From assembly GCF_009914755.1 (NCBI RefSeq), contig NC_060948.1: a DNA stretch of 64,000 bases. One strand, given 5' to 3'. The notes below the pieces were generated by a model. The model was not told where the DNA came from and did no database searches. It saw nothing but the letters and a program-made list of their open reading frames with translations. This DNA is from the human T2T-CHM13v2.0 reference genome, Homo sapiens. Both the position numbers and the translations under genes were made by a program. Of this stretch, positions 1-14,231 are shown one piece after another (position 1 is the stretch's first letter; the number at the start of each line of letters is the position of its first letter).

Positions 1-101
1 TCAAATGGAATAGAATCTAATGCAATAAAATCGACTCAGATAGAGAAGAATGTAATGGAATGGAGTGCAGTGCAATGGAATGGAATGGAATGGAATGCAA
101 T

Positions 102-126
102 GGAATGGAATGGAATGGAATGGAAT
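102..126 (+). repeat. Length-variable pure (GGAAT)n tract (unit-1 copy; 4-10 pentamers across units)
   Basis: Lies between GCAAT and GGGAT; counts from direct reading and unit-length arithmetic. Confidence 0.85.
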
Positions 127-355
127 GGGATGGAATGGTATGGAATGGGTAGTAATGGACTGGAGTGAAATGGACTGGAAAGGAATGGACTCAAATTGAA
201 AGGGCTCGAAAGGAATGGAGACAAATGGAATGGTCTGGAATGGAATGAACACGAATGTAATGCAATCCAATAGAATGGAGTCGAATGGCATGGAATATAA
301 AGAAATGGAATCGAAGAGAATGGAAACAAATGGAATGGAATTGAATGGAATGGAA

Positions 356-509
356 TTGAATGGAATGGGAACGAATGGAGTGAAATTGTATGCAGTAGAA
401 GAGAATAGAATGGAATGCAAGCGAAAGGAAAGGAATGGATTGGAATGGAATGGAATTCATTGGAATGCAAGGGAATGTAGTGTAATGGACAGGCCTGGAA
501 TAAAGTGGA
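356..509. other. DYZ1 diagnostic segment: classical Y1.2/Y1.1 sexing-PCR primer sites (154-bp span) containing the unit's EcoRI (453-458) and StuI/HaeIII (491-496) sites; recurs in each unit
   Basis: TTGAATGGAATGGGAACGAATGG at 356-378 and GGACAGGCCTGGAATAAAGTGGA at 487-509 are seen directly. Their identity as the published DYZ1 primers is recalled from memory, not searched. Confidence 0.75.
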
Positions 510-866
510 ATGTTACGGTCTCGAATGGAATAAAAATGTATGGAATGCAATGCAATGAAACGGAATCGAATGTCATAGAATGTAATGGAATGCAACAAAA
601 TGGAATCCAAAATCATTGACTGGAAAGGCTGGGTGTCGAAAGGAATTGACTCCAATGGAATGGAATCGAATGGAATGGAAGTGAATAGAATCGAACTAAA
701 TCGAATGGAATGGAATTGATAGGAACGGAATGGAAAGGAATGCAATGATTTGGCATGGAATGGAATCGAATGGCATCGAATGGAATGGAATGGAATGCAA
801 TGGAATGGAATGTATTAGAATATAATGAACTTTAATGGAATGTACTCGAATGGATTCGACTGGAAT

Positions 867-881
867 GGAATGTTCTGGAAG
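867..881. promoter_or_regulatory. Perfect heat-shock element motif HSE-1, gGAAtgTTCtgGAAg (intact in 18/18 units)
   Basis: Exact match to nGAAnnTTCnnGAAn; binding is not demonstrable from sequence. Confidence 0.6.
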
Positions 882-1146
882 TGAATGGACTCCAATGGAA
901 TGGATTCAAAAGGAATGGAATCGTACGGAATGGAATCTAATGGAATGGAATTAAATGGAAATGAATCAAATTGAATAGCACGGAATTGAATTGAATGGAA
1001 TCGAATGAAATGGAATCTAATGAAACGGAAAGGAAAGGAATGCAATGGAATGGAATGGGCTGGAATGGAAAGGAATCGAAACGAATGGAATGGAATCGAA
1101 CTGAAGAGACTGGAATGGAATGCACTGGAATGGAAGGGAGTGTAAT

Positions 1147-1161
1147 GGAAGGTTCTCGAAA
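1147..1161. promoter_or_regulatory. Perfect heat-shock element motif HSE-2, gGAAggTTCtcGAAa (intact in 17/18 units; TTC>TAC in unit 13 at 43,883-43,897)
   Basis: Exact match to nGAAnnTTCnnGAAn. Confidence 0.6.
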
Positions 1162-3549
1162 AAAATGGAATCGAATGGAATGGAATTGAATGGAACGGAA
1201 TAGAGTCGAATGGAATTGAATGGAATGGAATGGACTAGAGTGAAATGGAATCGAACCACAAGGAATGGACAGGAATAGAATGGTCTCGAATTGAATGGAA
1301 TCGTATGGAATGGCATCAAACGGAATGGAATGGACAGCCACGGAATGGAATGCACTCGAATGCAATGGAGTCGAAACTAATGGACTGGAATAGAATGGAC
1401 TCGACTGGTACGGACTCCAATGGAATGGAATCGAATGGAAGGGAATCGAACGGAATGGACTCGAAGGGAAAAGACTGCAATGGAAAGGTCTCGAATGGAA
1501 TGGAAATTAATGGAATGGAATGGAATCGAATGAAATGGAGTCAAAAGGAATGGAATCGAATGGCAAGAAATCGAATGTAATGGAATCGCAAGGAATTGAT
1601 GTGAACGGAACGGAATGGAATGGAATCCAAAGGAATGGAATAGAATGGAATGGAATCGAATGGAAAGGACTCGAATGGAAATCACTCGAATAGAATGCAA
1701 TTTAATAAAATAGGATCAAATGTAATGGAATGGAATGGAAAGGAATCGAAACGAAAGGAATGGAGACAGATGGAATGGAATAGAACAGAGAGCAATGGTA
1801 TAGAATGGAATGGAATCATCTGGAATGGAATTGAATGGAATGGAATAATATGAAATGGAATGGAATGGAATGGAATGGAATGCCCTTGAATTAAATGGAC
1901 TGGAATGGAATGGACTCGAACAGAGTGGAATGGAAAGTGTTGAGATAGAATGGAATGGACTCCTTTGGAATGGTGTAGTATGCAATGCAATCGACTGGCA
2001 GGGAATCAAAAGGAATGTAATGGAATGGACTGGACTGGAATGCAATGGACTCGAATAGATTGGAAACGGAATGCAAAGGAATGGAATGGAATAGTATGGA
2101 ATGGAATGGAAAGGAATGGAGTGGAATAGACTAGAGTGGAATGGAATGGACTGGAAAGCAATGGACTGGAATGGATCTTTCTTGAATGGACTGGAATCAA
2201 TCGGAATGGAATGCAATGCAATCAAATGGCATGGAATAAAATAGAATGAAAGAGAATCAAATGGAATTGAATCGAATGGAATCGAATGGATTGGAAAGGA
2301 ATAGAATGGAATGGAATGGAATTGACTCAAATGGAATGGACTAGAATGGAATGGATTCGAATGGAAGGCAAAGGAATGGAATCTATTGGAATGGACTGTA
2401 ATGGAATGGAATGGAAGGGATTGGAATGGACTCGAATGGAATGGACTGCAATAGAAAGGATTCGAATGGAATGAAAAAGAATTGAATGGAATAGAACAGA
2501 ATGGAATCAAATCGAATGAAATGGAATGGAATAGAAAGGAATGGAATGAAATGGAATGGAAAGGATTCGAATGGAATGCAATCGAATGGAATGGAATCGA
2601 ACGGAATGGAATAAAATGGAAGAAAACTGGCAAGAAATGGAATCGAAATGAATGGAGTGTTATGGAACGGACTCAAAAGGAATTGAATGTAATAGAATGG
2701 AGTGGAGTGGACTCGAATATAATGGACTGGAATGGAATGAAATCACATGGAATGGGAACGAATGGAATGGAATGGAAAGGAATGGAATCGAATGGAAAGG
2801 AATCGAATGGAAGGGAATGAAATTGAATCAACAGGAATGGAAGGGAATAGAATAGACGGTAATGGAATGGACTCGAATAGAATGGACACGAATGCTCAAA
2901 TTGAATGGACTCGAATGGAATGGAAACGAAAGGAATGTCATCGAATGGAATTGAATCGATTGGAATGAAATCGCATAGAATGGAGTGGAATCAAATGGAA
3001 TTGAATCGAAAGGAAAGGAAGCGAATGTACTGAAATGAAATGGAATGGAATTGAATGGAAAGTAATGCAATGGAATAGAATGGAACGAAATTTCACGGAA
3101 TGGAATCAAACTGAATGGAATCAAATCAATGGAATCAAATCAAATGGAATGGAAAGGAATTGAATGGAGTAGATTGGATTGGATGGGATTGGAATGAAAT
3201 GTACTGGAAAGGACTCGAATTTCATGAAACGGAATGGAATGAATTGGAACGGAATGGACTCGAATGGAATGGAATGTCATGGAATGGCATCAAATGGAAT
3301 GGCATCAAATGGAATGGAATCGAATGCAATGGAATGCTATGGAATGGAATGGAATGCATTGGAATGGAATGTCCTCTAATGGAATGGATTCGAGTGGAAT
3401 GGAATCGAATATAATGGAGTCGAATGAAATGGAATTGAAAGGAATGGGATCGAATACAATGCAATATACTGGAATGTAATGTAATGAACTCGAATGTAAT
3501 TGACTGGAATGGAATGTACATGAAAGGAATGTAATCGAATGGAAAGTAA

Positions 3550-6500
3550 TCCAATGGAATAGAATCTAATGCAATAAAATCGACTCAGATAGAGTAGAAT
3601 GTAGTGGAATGGAGTGCAGTGCAATGGAATGGAATGGAATGGAAAGCAATGGAATGGAATGGAATGGAATGGAATGGAATGGAATGGAATGGGATGGAAT
3701 GGTATGGAATGGATAGTAATGGACTGGAGTGAAATGGACTGGAAAAGAATGGACTCAAATTGAAAGGGCTCGAAAGGAATGGAGTCAAATGGAATGGTCT
3801 GGAATGGAATGAACACGAATGTAATGCAATCCAATAGAATGGAATCGAATGGCATGGAATATAAAGAAATGGAATCGAAGAGAATGGAAACAAATGGAAT
3901 GGAATTGAATGGAATGGAATTGAATGGAATGGGAACGAATGGAGTGAAATTGTATGCAGTAGAAGAGAATAGAATGGAATGCAAGCGAAAGGAAAGGAAT
4001 GGATTGCAATGGAATGGAATTCATTGGAATGGAAGGGAATGTAGTGTAATGGACAGGCCTGGAATAAAGTGGAATGCTACGGTCTCGAATGGAATAAAAA
4101 TGTATGGAATGGAATGCAATGAAACGGAATCGAATGTCATAGAATGTAATGGAATGCAAAAAAATGGAATCCAAAATCATTGACTGGAAAGGCTGGGTGT
4201 CGAAAGGAATTGACTCCAATGGAATGGAATCGAATGGAATGGAAGTGAATAGAATCGAACTAAATCGAATGGAATGGAATTGATAGGAACGGAATGGAAA
4301 GGAATGCAATGATTTGGCATGGAATGGAATCGAATGGCATCGAATGGAATGGAATGGAATGCAATGGAATGGAATGTATTAGAATGTAATGAACATTAAT
4401 GGAATGTACTCGAATGGATTCGACTGGAATGGAATGTTCTGGAAGTGAATGGACTCCAATGGAATGGATTCGAAAGGAATGGAATCGAACGGAATGGAAT
4501 CTAATGGAATGGAATTAAATGGAAATGAATCAAATTGAATAGCACGGAATTGAATTGAATGGAATCGAATGAAATGGAATCTAATGAAACGGAAAGGAAA
4601 GGAATGGAATGGAATGGAATGGGCTGGAATGGAAAGGAATCGAAACGAATGGAACGGAATCGAACTGAAGAGACTGGAATGGAATGCACTGGAATGGAAG
4701 GGATTGTAATGGAAGGTTCTCGAAAATAATGGAAGCAAATGGAATGGAATTGAATGGAACGGAATAGAGTCGAATGGAATTGAATGGAATGGAATGGACT
4801 AGAGTGAAATGGAATCGAACCACAAGGAATGGACAGGAATAGAATGGTCTCGAATTGAATGGAATCGTATGGAATGGCATCAAACGGAATGGAATGGACA
4901 GCCACGGAATGGAATGCACTCGAATGCAATGGAGTCGAAACTAATGGACTGGAATAGAATGGACTCGACTGGTACGGACTCCAATGGAATGGAATCGAAT
5001 GGAAGGGAATCGAACGGAATGGACTCGAAGGGAAAAGACTGCAATGGAAAGGTCTCGAATGGAAAGGAAATTAATGGAATCGAATGGAATCGAATGAAAT
5101 GGAGTCAAAAGGAATGGAATCGAATGGCAAGAAATCGAATGTAATGGAATCGCAAGGAATTGATGTGAACGGAACAGAATGGAATGGAATCCAAAGGAAT
5201 GGAATAGAATGGAATGGAATCGAATGGAAAGGACTCGAATGGAAATCACTCGAATAGAATGAAATTTAATAAAATAGGATCAAATGTAATTGAATGGAAT
5301 GGAAAGGAATCGAAACGAAAGGAATGGAGACAGATGGAATGGAATGGAACAGAGAGCAATGGTATAGAATGGAATGGAATCATCTGGAATGGAATTGAAT
5401 GGAATGGAATAATATGAAATGGAATGGAATGGAATGGAATGGAATGCCCTTGAATTAAATGGACTGGAATGGAATGGACTCGAACAGAGTGGAATGGAAA
5501 GTGTTGAGATAGAATGGAATGGACTCCTTTGGAATGGTGTAGTATGCAATGCAATCGACTGGCAGGGAATCAAAAGGAATGTAATGGAATGGATTGGACT
5601 GCAATGCAATGGACTCGAATAGATTGGAAACGGAATGCAAAGGAATGGAATGGAATAGTATGGAATGGAATGGAAAGGAATGGAGTGGAATAGACTAGAG
5701 TGGAATGGAATGGACTGGAAAGCAATGGACTAGAATGGAACTTTCTTGAATGGACTGGAATCAAACGGAATGGAATGCAATGCAATCAAATGGCATGGAA
5801 TAAAATAGAATGAAAGAGAATCAAATGGAATTGAATCGAATGGAATCGAATGGATTGGAAAGGAATAGAATGGAATGGAATGGAATTGACTCAAATGGAA
5901 TGGACTAGAATGGAATGGATTCGAATGGAAGGCAAAGGAATGGAATCTATTGGAATGGACTGTAATGGAATGGAATGGAAGGGATTGGAATGGACTCGAA
6001 TGGAATGGACTGCAATAGAAAGGATTCGAATGGAATGAAAAAGAATTGAATGGAATAGAACAGAATGGAATCAAATCGAATGAAATGGAATGGAATAGAA
6101 AGGAATGGAATGAAATGGAATGGAAAGGATTCGAATGGAATGCAATCGAATGGAATGGAATCGAACGGAATGGAATAAAATGGAAGAAAACTGGCAAGAA
6201 ATGGAATCGAAATGAATGGAGTGTTATGGAACGGACTCAAAAGGAATTGAATGTAATAGAATGGAGTGGAGTGGACTCGAATATAATGGACTGGAATGGA
6301 ATGAAATCACATAGAATGGGAACGAATGGAATGGAATGGAAAGGAATGGAATCGAATGGAAAGGAATCGAATGGAAGGGAATGAAATTGAATCAACAGGA
6401 ATGGAAGGGAATAGAATAGACTGTAATAGAATGGACTCGAATAGAACGGACACGAATGCTCAAATTGAATGGACTCGAATGGAATGGAAACGAAAGGAAT

Positions 6501-7113
6501 GTCATCGAATGGAATTGAATCGATTGGAATGAAATCGCATAGAATGGAGTGGAATCAAATGGAATTGAATCGAAAGGAAAGGAAGCGAATGGACTGAAAT
6601 GAAATGGAATGGAATTGAATGGAAAGTAATGCAATGGAATAGAATGGAACGAAATTTCACGGAATGGAATCAAACTGAATGGAATCAAATCAATGGAATC
6701 AAATCAAATGGAATGGAAAGGAATTGAATGGAGTAGATGGGATTGGATGGGATTGGAATGAAATGTACTGGAAAGGACTCGAATTTCATGAAACGGAATG
6801 GAATGAATTGGAACGGAATGGACTCGAATGGAATGGAATGTCATGGAATGGCATCAAATGGAATGGCATCAAATGGAATGGAATCGAATGCAATGGAATG
6901 CTATGGAATGGAATGGAATGCATTGGAATGGAATGTCCTCTAATGGAATGGATTCGAGTGGAATGGAATTGAATATAATGGAGTCGAATGAAATGGAATT
7001 GAAAGCAATGGGATCGAATACAATGGAATATACTGGAATGTAACGTAATGAACTCGAATGTAATTGACTGGAATGGAATATACATGAATGGAATGTAATC
7101 GAATGGAAAGTAA
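3550..7113 (+). repeat. DYZ1 unit 2 (3,564 bp)
   Basis: Anchor spacing; 8 pentamers in the variable tract. Confidence 0.9.
5737..5751. promoter_or_regulatory. Perfect heat-shock element motif HSE-3, gGAActTTCttGAAt (unit-2 copy; intact in 16/18 units; GAA>GAT in units 1 and 3)
   Basis: Exact match to nGAAnnTTCnnGAAn; spacer-only variants in units 7, 8 and 18 keep the consensus. Confidence 0.6.
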
Positions 7114-10100
7114 TCAAATGGAATAGAATCTAATGCAATAAAATCGACTCAGATAGAGAAGAATGTAATGGAATGGAGTGCAGTGCAATGGAATGGAATG
7201 GAATGGAATGCAATGGAATGGAATGGAATGGAATGGAATGGGATGGAATGGTATGGAATGGGTAGTAATGGACTGGAGTGAAATGGACTGGAAAGGAATG
7301 GACTCAAATTGAAAGGGCTCGAAAGGAATGGAGACAAATGGAATGGTCTGGAATGGAATGAACACGAATGTAATGCAATCCAATAGAATGGAGTCGAATG
7401 GCATGGAATATAAAGAAATGGAATCGAAGAGAATGGAAACAAATGGAATGGAATTGAATGGAATGGAATTGAATGGAATGGGAACGAATGGAGTGAAATT
7501 GTATGCAGTAGAAGAGAATAGAATGGAATGCAAGCGAAAGGAAAGGAATGGATTGGAATGGAATGGAATTCATTGGAATGCAAGGGAATGTAGTGTAATG
7601 GACAGGCCTGGAATAAAGTGGAATGTTACGGTCTCGAATGGAATAAAAATGTATGGAATGGAATGCAATGAAACGGAATCGAATGTCATAGAATGTAATG
7701 GAATGCAACAAAATGGAATCCAAAATCATTGACTGGAAAGGCTGGGTGTCGAAAGGAATTGACTCCAATGGAATGGAATCGAATGGAATGGAAGTGAATA
7801 GAATCGAACTAAATCGAATGGAATGGAATTGATAGGAACGGAATGGAAAGGAATGCAATGATTTGGCATGGAATGGAATCGAATGGCATCGAATGGAATG
7901 GAATGGAATGCAATGGAATGGAATGTATTAGAATATAATGAACTTTAATGGAATGTACTCGAATGGATTCGACTGGAATGGAATGTTCTGGAAGTGAATG
8001 GACTCCAATGGAATGGATTCAAAAGGAATGGAATCGTACGGAATGGAATCTAATGGAATGGAATTAAATGGAAATGAATCAAATTGAATAGCACGGAATT
8101 GAATTGAATGGAATCGAATGAAATGGAATCTAATGAAACGGAAAGGAAAGGAATGCAATGGAATGGAATGGGCTGGAATGGAAAGGAATCGAAACGAATG
8201 GAATGGAATCGAACTGAAGAGACTGGAATGGAATGCACTGGAATGGAAGGGAGTGTAATGGAAGGTTCTCGAAAAAAATGGAATCGAATGGAATGGAATT
8301 GAATGGAACGGAATAGAGTCGAATGGAATTGAATGGAATGGAATGGACTAGAGTGAAATGGAATCGAACCACAAGGAATGGACAGGAATAGAATGGTCTC
8401 GAATTGAATGGAATCGTATGGAATGGCATCAAACGGAATGGAATGGACAGCCACGGAATGGAATGCACTCGAATGCAATGGAGTCGAAACTAATGGACTG
8501 GAATAGAATGGACTCGACTGGTACGGACTCCAATGGAATGGAATCGAATGGAAGGGAATCGAACGGAATGGACTCGAAGGGAAAAGACTGCAATGGAAAG
8601 GTCTCGAATGGAATGGAAATTAATGGAATGGAATGGAATCGAATGAAATGGAGTCAAAAGGAATGGAATCGAATGGCAAGAAATCGAATGTAATGGAATC
8701 GCAAGGAATTGATGTGAACGGAACGGAATGGAATGGAATCCAAAGGAATGGAATAGAATGGAATGGAATCGAATGGAAAGGACTCGAATGGAAATCACTC
8801 GAATAGAATGCAATTTAATAAAATAGGATCAAATGTAATGGAATGGAATGGAAAGGAATCGAAACGAAAGGAATGGAGACAGATGGAATGGAATAGAACA
8901 GAGAGCAATGGTATAGAATGGAATGGAATCATCTGGAATGGAATTGAATGGAATGGAATAATATGAAATGGAATGGAATGGAATGGAATGGAATGCCCTT
9001 GAATTAAATGGACTGGAATGGAATGGACTCGAACAGAGTGGAATGGAAAGTGTTGAGATAGAATGGAATGGACTCCTTTGGAATGGTGTAGTATGCAATG
9101 CAATCGACTGGCAGGGAATCAAAAGGAATGTAATGGAATGGACTGGACTGGAATGCAATGGACTCGAATAGATTGGAAACGGAATGCAAAGGAATGGAAT
9201 GGAATAGTATGGAATGGAATGGAAAGGAATGGAGTGGAATAGACTAGAGTGGAATGGAATGGACTGGAAAGCAATGGACTGGAATGGATCTTTCTTGAAT
9301 GGACTGGAATCAATCGGAATGGAATGCAATGCAATCAAATGGCATGGAATAAAATAGAATGAAAGAGAATCAAATGGAATTGAATCGAATGGAATCGAAT
9401 GGATTGGAAAGGAATAGAATGGAATGGAATGGAATTGACTCAAATGGAATGGACTAGAATGGAATGGATTCGAATGGAAGGCAAAGGAATGGAATCTATT
9501 GGAATGGACTGTAATGGAATGGAATGGAAGGGATTGGAATGGACTCGAATGGAATGGACTGCAATAGAAAGGATTCGAATGGAATGAAAAAGAATTGAAT
9601 GGAATAGAACAGAATGGAATCAAATCGAATGAAATGGAATGGAATAGAAAGGAATGGAATGAAATGGAATGGAAAGGATTCGAATGGAATGCAATCGAAT
9701 GGAATGGAATCGAACGGAATGGAATAAAATGGAAGAAAACTGGCAAGAAATGGAATCGAAATGAATGGAGTGTTATGGAACGGACTCAAAAGGAATTGAA
9801 TGTAATAGAATGGAGTGGAGTGGACTCGAATATAATGGACTGGAATGGAATGAAATCACATGGAATGGGAACGAATGGAATGGAATGGAAAGGAATGGAA
9901 TCGAATGGAAAGGAATCGAATGGAAGGGAATGAAATTGAATCAACAGGAATGGAAGGGAATAGAATAGACGGTAATGGAATGGACTCGAATAGAATGGAC
10001 ACGAATGCTCAAATTGAATGGACTCGAATGGAATGGAAACGAAAGGAATGTCATCGAATGGAATTGAATCGATTGGAATGAAATCGCATAGAATGGAGTG

Positions 10101-10662
10101 GAATCAAATGGAATTGAATCGAAAGGAAAGGAAGCGAATGTACTGAAATGAAATGGAATGGAATTGAATGGAAAGTAATGCAATGGAATAGAATGGAACG
10201 AAATTTCACGGAATGGAATCAAACTGAATGGAATCAAATCAATGGAATCAAATCAAATGGAATGGAAAGGAATTGAATGGAGTAGATTGGATTGGATGGG
10301 ATTGGAATGAAATGTACTGGAAAGGACTCGAATTTCATGAAACGGAATGGAATGAATTGGAACGGAATGGACTCGAATGGAATGGAATGTCATGGAATGG
10401 CATCAAATGGAATGGCATCAAATGGAATGGAATCGAATGCAATGGAATGCTATGGAATGGAATGGAATGCATTGGAATGGAATGTCCTCTAATGGAATGG
10501 ATTCGAGTGGAATGGAATCGAATATAATGGAGTCGAATGAAATGGAATTGAAAGGAATGGGATCGAATACAATGCAATATACTGGAATGTAATGTAATGA
10601 ACTCGAATGTAATTGACTGGAATGGAATGTACATGAATGGAATGTAATCGAATGGAAAGTAA
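7114..10662 (+). repeat. DYZ1 unit 3 (3,549 bp), near-identical to unit 1
   Basis: ORF track repeats at an exact +7,113 offset; shared private variants. Confidence 0.9.
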
Positions 10663-13600
10663 TCCAATGGAATAGAATCTAATGCAATAAAATCGACTCA
10701 GATAGAGTAGAATGTAGTGGAATGGAGTGCAGTGCAATGGAATGGAATGGAATGGAAAGCAATGGAATGGAATGGAATGGAATGGAATGGAATGGAATGG
10801 AATGGAATGGGATGGAATGGTATGGAATGGATAGTAATGGACTGGAGTGAAATGGACTGGAAAAGAATGGACTCAAATTGAAAGGGCTCGAAAGGAATGG
10901 AGTCAAATGGAATGGTCTGGAATGGAATGAACACGAATGTAATGCAATCCAATAGAATGGAATCGAATGGCATGGAATATAAAGAAATGGAATCGAAGAG
11001 AATGGAAACAAATGGAATGGAATTGAATGGAATGGAATTGAATGGAATGGGAACGAATGGAGTGAAATTGTATGCAGTAGAAGAGAATAGAATGGAATGC
11101 AAGCGAAAGGAAAGGAATGGATTGCAATGGAATGGAATTCATTGGAATGGAAGGGAATGTAGTGTAATGGACAGGCCTGGAATAAAGTGGAATGCTACGG
11201 TCTCGAATGGAATAAAAATGTATGGAATGGAATGCAATGAAACGGAATCGAATGTCATAGAATGTAATGGAATGCAAAAAAATGGAATCCAAAATCATTG
11301 ACTGGAAAGGCTGGGTGTCGAAAGGAATTGACTCCAATGGAATGGAATCGAATGGAATGGAAGTGAATAGAATCGAACTAAATCGAATGGAATGGAATTG
11401 ATAGGAACGGAATGGAAAGGAATGCAATGATTTGGCATGGAATGGAATCGAATGGCATCGAATGGAATGGAATGGAATGCAATGGAATGGAATGTATTAG
11501 AATGTAATGAACATTAATGGAATGTACTCGAATGGATTCGACTGGAATGGAATGTTCTGGAAGTGAATGGACTCCAATGGAATGGATTCGAAAGGAATGG
11601 AATCGAACGGAATGGAATCTAATGGAATGGAATTAAATGGAAATGAATCAAATTGAATAGCACGGAATTGAATTGAATGGAATCGAATGAAATGGAATCT
11701 AATGAAACGGAAAGGAAAGGAATGGAATGGAATGGAATGGGCTGGAATGGAAAGGAATCGAAACGAATGGAACGGAATCGAACTGAAGAGACTGGAATGG
11801 AATGCACTGGAATGGAAGGGATTGTAATGGAAGGTTCTCGAAAATAATGGAAGCAAATGGAATGGAATTGAATGGAACGGAATAGAGTCGAATGGAATTG
11901 AATGGAATGGAATGGACTAGAGTGAAATGGAATCGAACCACAAGGAATGGACAGGAATAGAATGGTCTCGAATTGAATGGAATCGTATGGAATGGCATCA
12001 AACGGAATGGAATGGACAGCCACGGAATGGAATGCACTCGAATGCAATGGAGTCGAAACTAATGGACTGGAATAGAATGGACTCGACTGGTACGGACTCC
12101 AATGGAATGGAATCGAATGGAAGGGAATCGAACGGAATGGACTCGAAGGGAAAAGACTGCAATGGAAAGGTCTCGAATGGAATGGAAATTAATGGAATGG
12201 AATGGAATCGAATGAAATGGAGTCAAAAGGAATGGAATCGAATGGCAAGAAATCGAATGTAATGGAATCGCAAGGAATTGATGTGAACGGAACAGAATGG
12301 AATGGAATCCAAAGGAATGGAATAGAATGGAATGGAATCGAATGGAAAGGACTCGAATGGAAATCACTCGAATAGAATGAAATTTAATAAAATAGGATCA
12401 AATGTAATTGAATGGAATGGAAAGGAATCGAAACGAAAGGAATGGAGACAGATGGAATGGAATGGAACAGAGAGCAATGGTATAGAATGGAATGGAATCA
12501 TCTGGAATGGAATTGAATGGAATGGAATAATATGAAATGGAATGGAATGGAATGGAATGGAATGCCCTTGAATTAAATGGACTGGAATGGAATGGACTCG
12601 AACAGAGTGGAATGGAAAGTGTTGAGATAGAATGGAATGGACTCCTTTGGAATGGTGTAGTATGCAATGCAATCGACTGGCAGGGAATCAAAAGGAATGT
12701 AATGGAATGGATTGGACTGCAATGCAATGGACTCGAATAGATTGGAAACGGAATGCAAAGGAATGGAATGGAATAGTATGGAATGGAATGGAAAGGAATG
12801 GAGTGGAATAGACTAGAGTGGAATGGAATGGACTGGAAAGCAATGGACTAGAATGGAACTTTCTTGAATGGACTGGAATCAAACGGAATGGAATGCAATG
12901 CAATCAAATGGCATGGAATAAAATAGAATGAAAGAGAATCAAATGGAATTGAATCGAATGGAATCGAATGGATTGGAAAGGAATAGAATGGAATGGAATG
13001 GAATTGACTCAAATGGAATGGACTAGAATGGAATGGATTCGAATGGAAGGCAAACGAATGGAATCTATTGGAATGGACTGTAATGGAATGGAATGGAAGG
13101 GATTGGAATGGACTCGAATGGAATGGACTGCAATAGAAAGGATTCGAATGGAATGAAAAAGAATTGAATGGAATAGAACAGAATGGAATCAAATCGAATG
13201 AAATGGAATGGAATAGAAAGGAATGGAATGAAATGGAATGGAAAGGATTCGAATGGAATGCAATCGAATGGAATGGAATCGAACGGAATGGAATAAAATG
13301 GAAGAAAACTGGCAAGAAATGGAATCGAAATGAATGGAGTGTTATGGAACGGACTCAAAAGGAATTGAATGTAATAGAATGGAGTGGAGTGGACTCGAAT
13401 ATAATGGACTGGAATGGAATGAAATCACATGGAATGGGAACGAATGGAATGGAATGGAAAGGAATGGAATCGAATGGAAAGGAAACGAATGGAAGGGAAT
13501 GAAATTGAATCAACAGGAATGGAAGGGAATAGAATAGACGGTAATGGAATGGACTCGAATAGAATGGACACGAATGCTCAAATTGAATGGACTCGAATGG

Positions 13601-14231
13601 AATGGAAACGAAAGGAATGTCATCGAATGGAATTGAATCGATTGGAATGAAATCGCATAGAATGGAGTGGAATCAAATGGAATTGAATCGAAAGGAAAGG
13701 AAGCGAATGGACTGAAATGAAATGGAATGGAATTGAATGGAAAGTAATGCAATGGAATAGAATGGAACGAAATTTCACGGAATGGAATCAAACTGAATGG
13801 AATCAAATCAATGGAATCTAATCAAATGGAATGGAAAGGAATTGAATGGAGTAGATTGGATTGGATGGGATTGGAATGATATGTACTGGAAAGGACTCGA
13901 ATTTCATGAAACGGAATGGAATGAATTGGAACGGAATGGACTCGAATGGAATGGAATGTCATGGAATGGCATCAAATGGAATGGCATCAAATGGAATGGA
14001 ATCGAATGCAATGGAATGTTATGGAATGGAATGGAATGCATTGGAATGGAATGTCCTCTAATGGAATGGATTCGAGTGGAATGGAATCGAATATAATGGA
14101 GTCGAATGAAATGGAATTGAAAGGAATGGGATCGAATACAATGCAATATACTGGAATGTAATGTAATGAACTCGAATGTAATTGACTGGAATGGAATGTA
14201 CATGAATGGAATGTAATCGAATGGAAAGTAA
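10663..14231 (+). repeat. DYZ1 unit 4 (3,569 bp); proximal two-thirds near-identical to unit 2
   Basis: Anchor spacing; shared variants (GAACATTAAT, CGAAAATAATGGAAGCAAAT). Confidence 0.9.

Larger units (their letters stand above)
1..3549 (+). repeat. DYZ1 unit 1 (3,549 bp; arbitrary phase starting at TC[C/A]AATGGAATAGAATCTAATG)
   Basis: Anchor at 1, next at 3550; 5 pentamers in the variable tract. Confidence 0.9.

Noticed and set aside
24-2615. Six AATAAA hexamers per unit as polyadenylation signals
   Set aside because: Easily derived from GAAT+AAAA variants in an A-rich lattice; no clear downstream GU/U-rich elements; no transcript evidence available here.
3086-3230. Two further HSE-like motifs (CGAAATTTCACGGAA, CGAATTTCATGAAA)
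   Set aside because: Only two correctly spaced pentamer units each; not counted as canonical HSEs.
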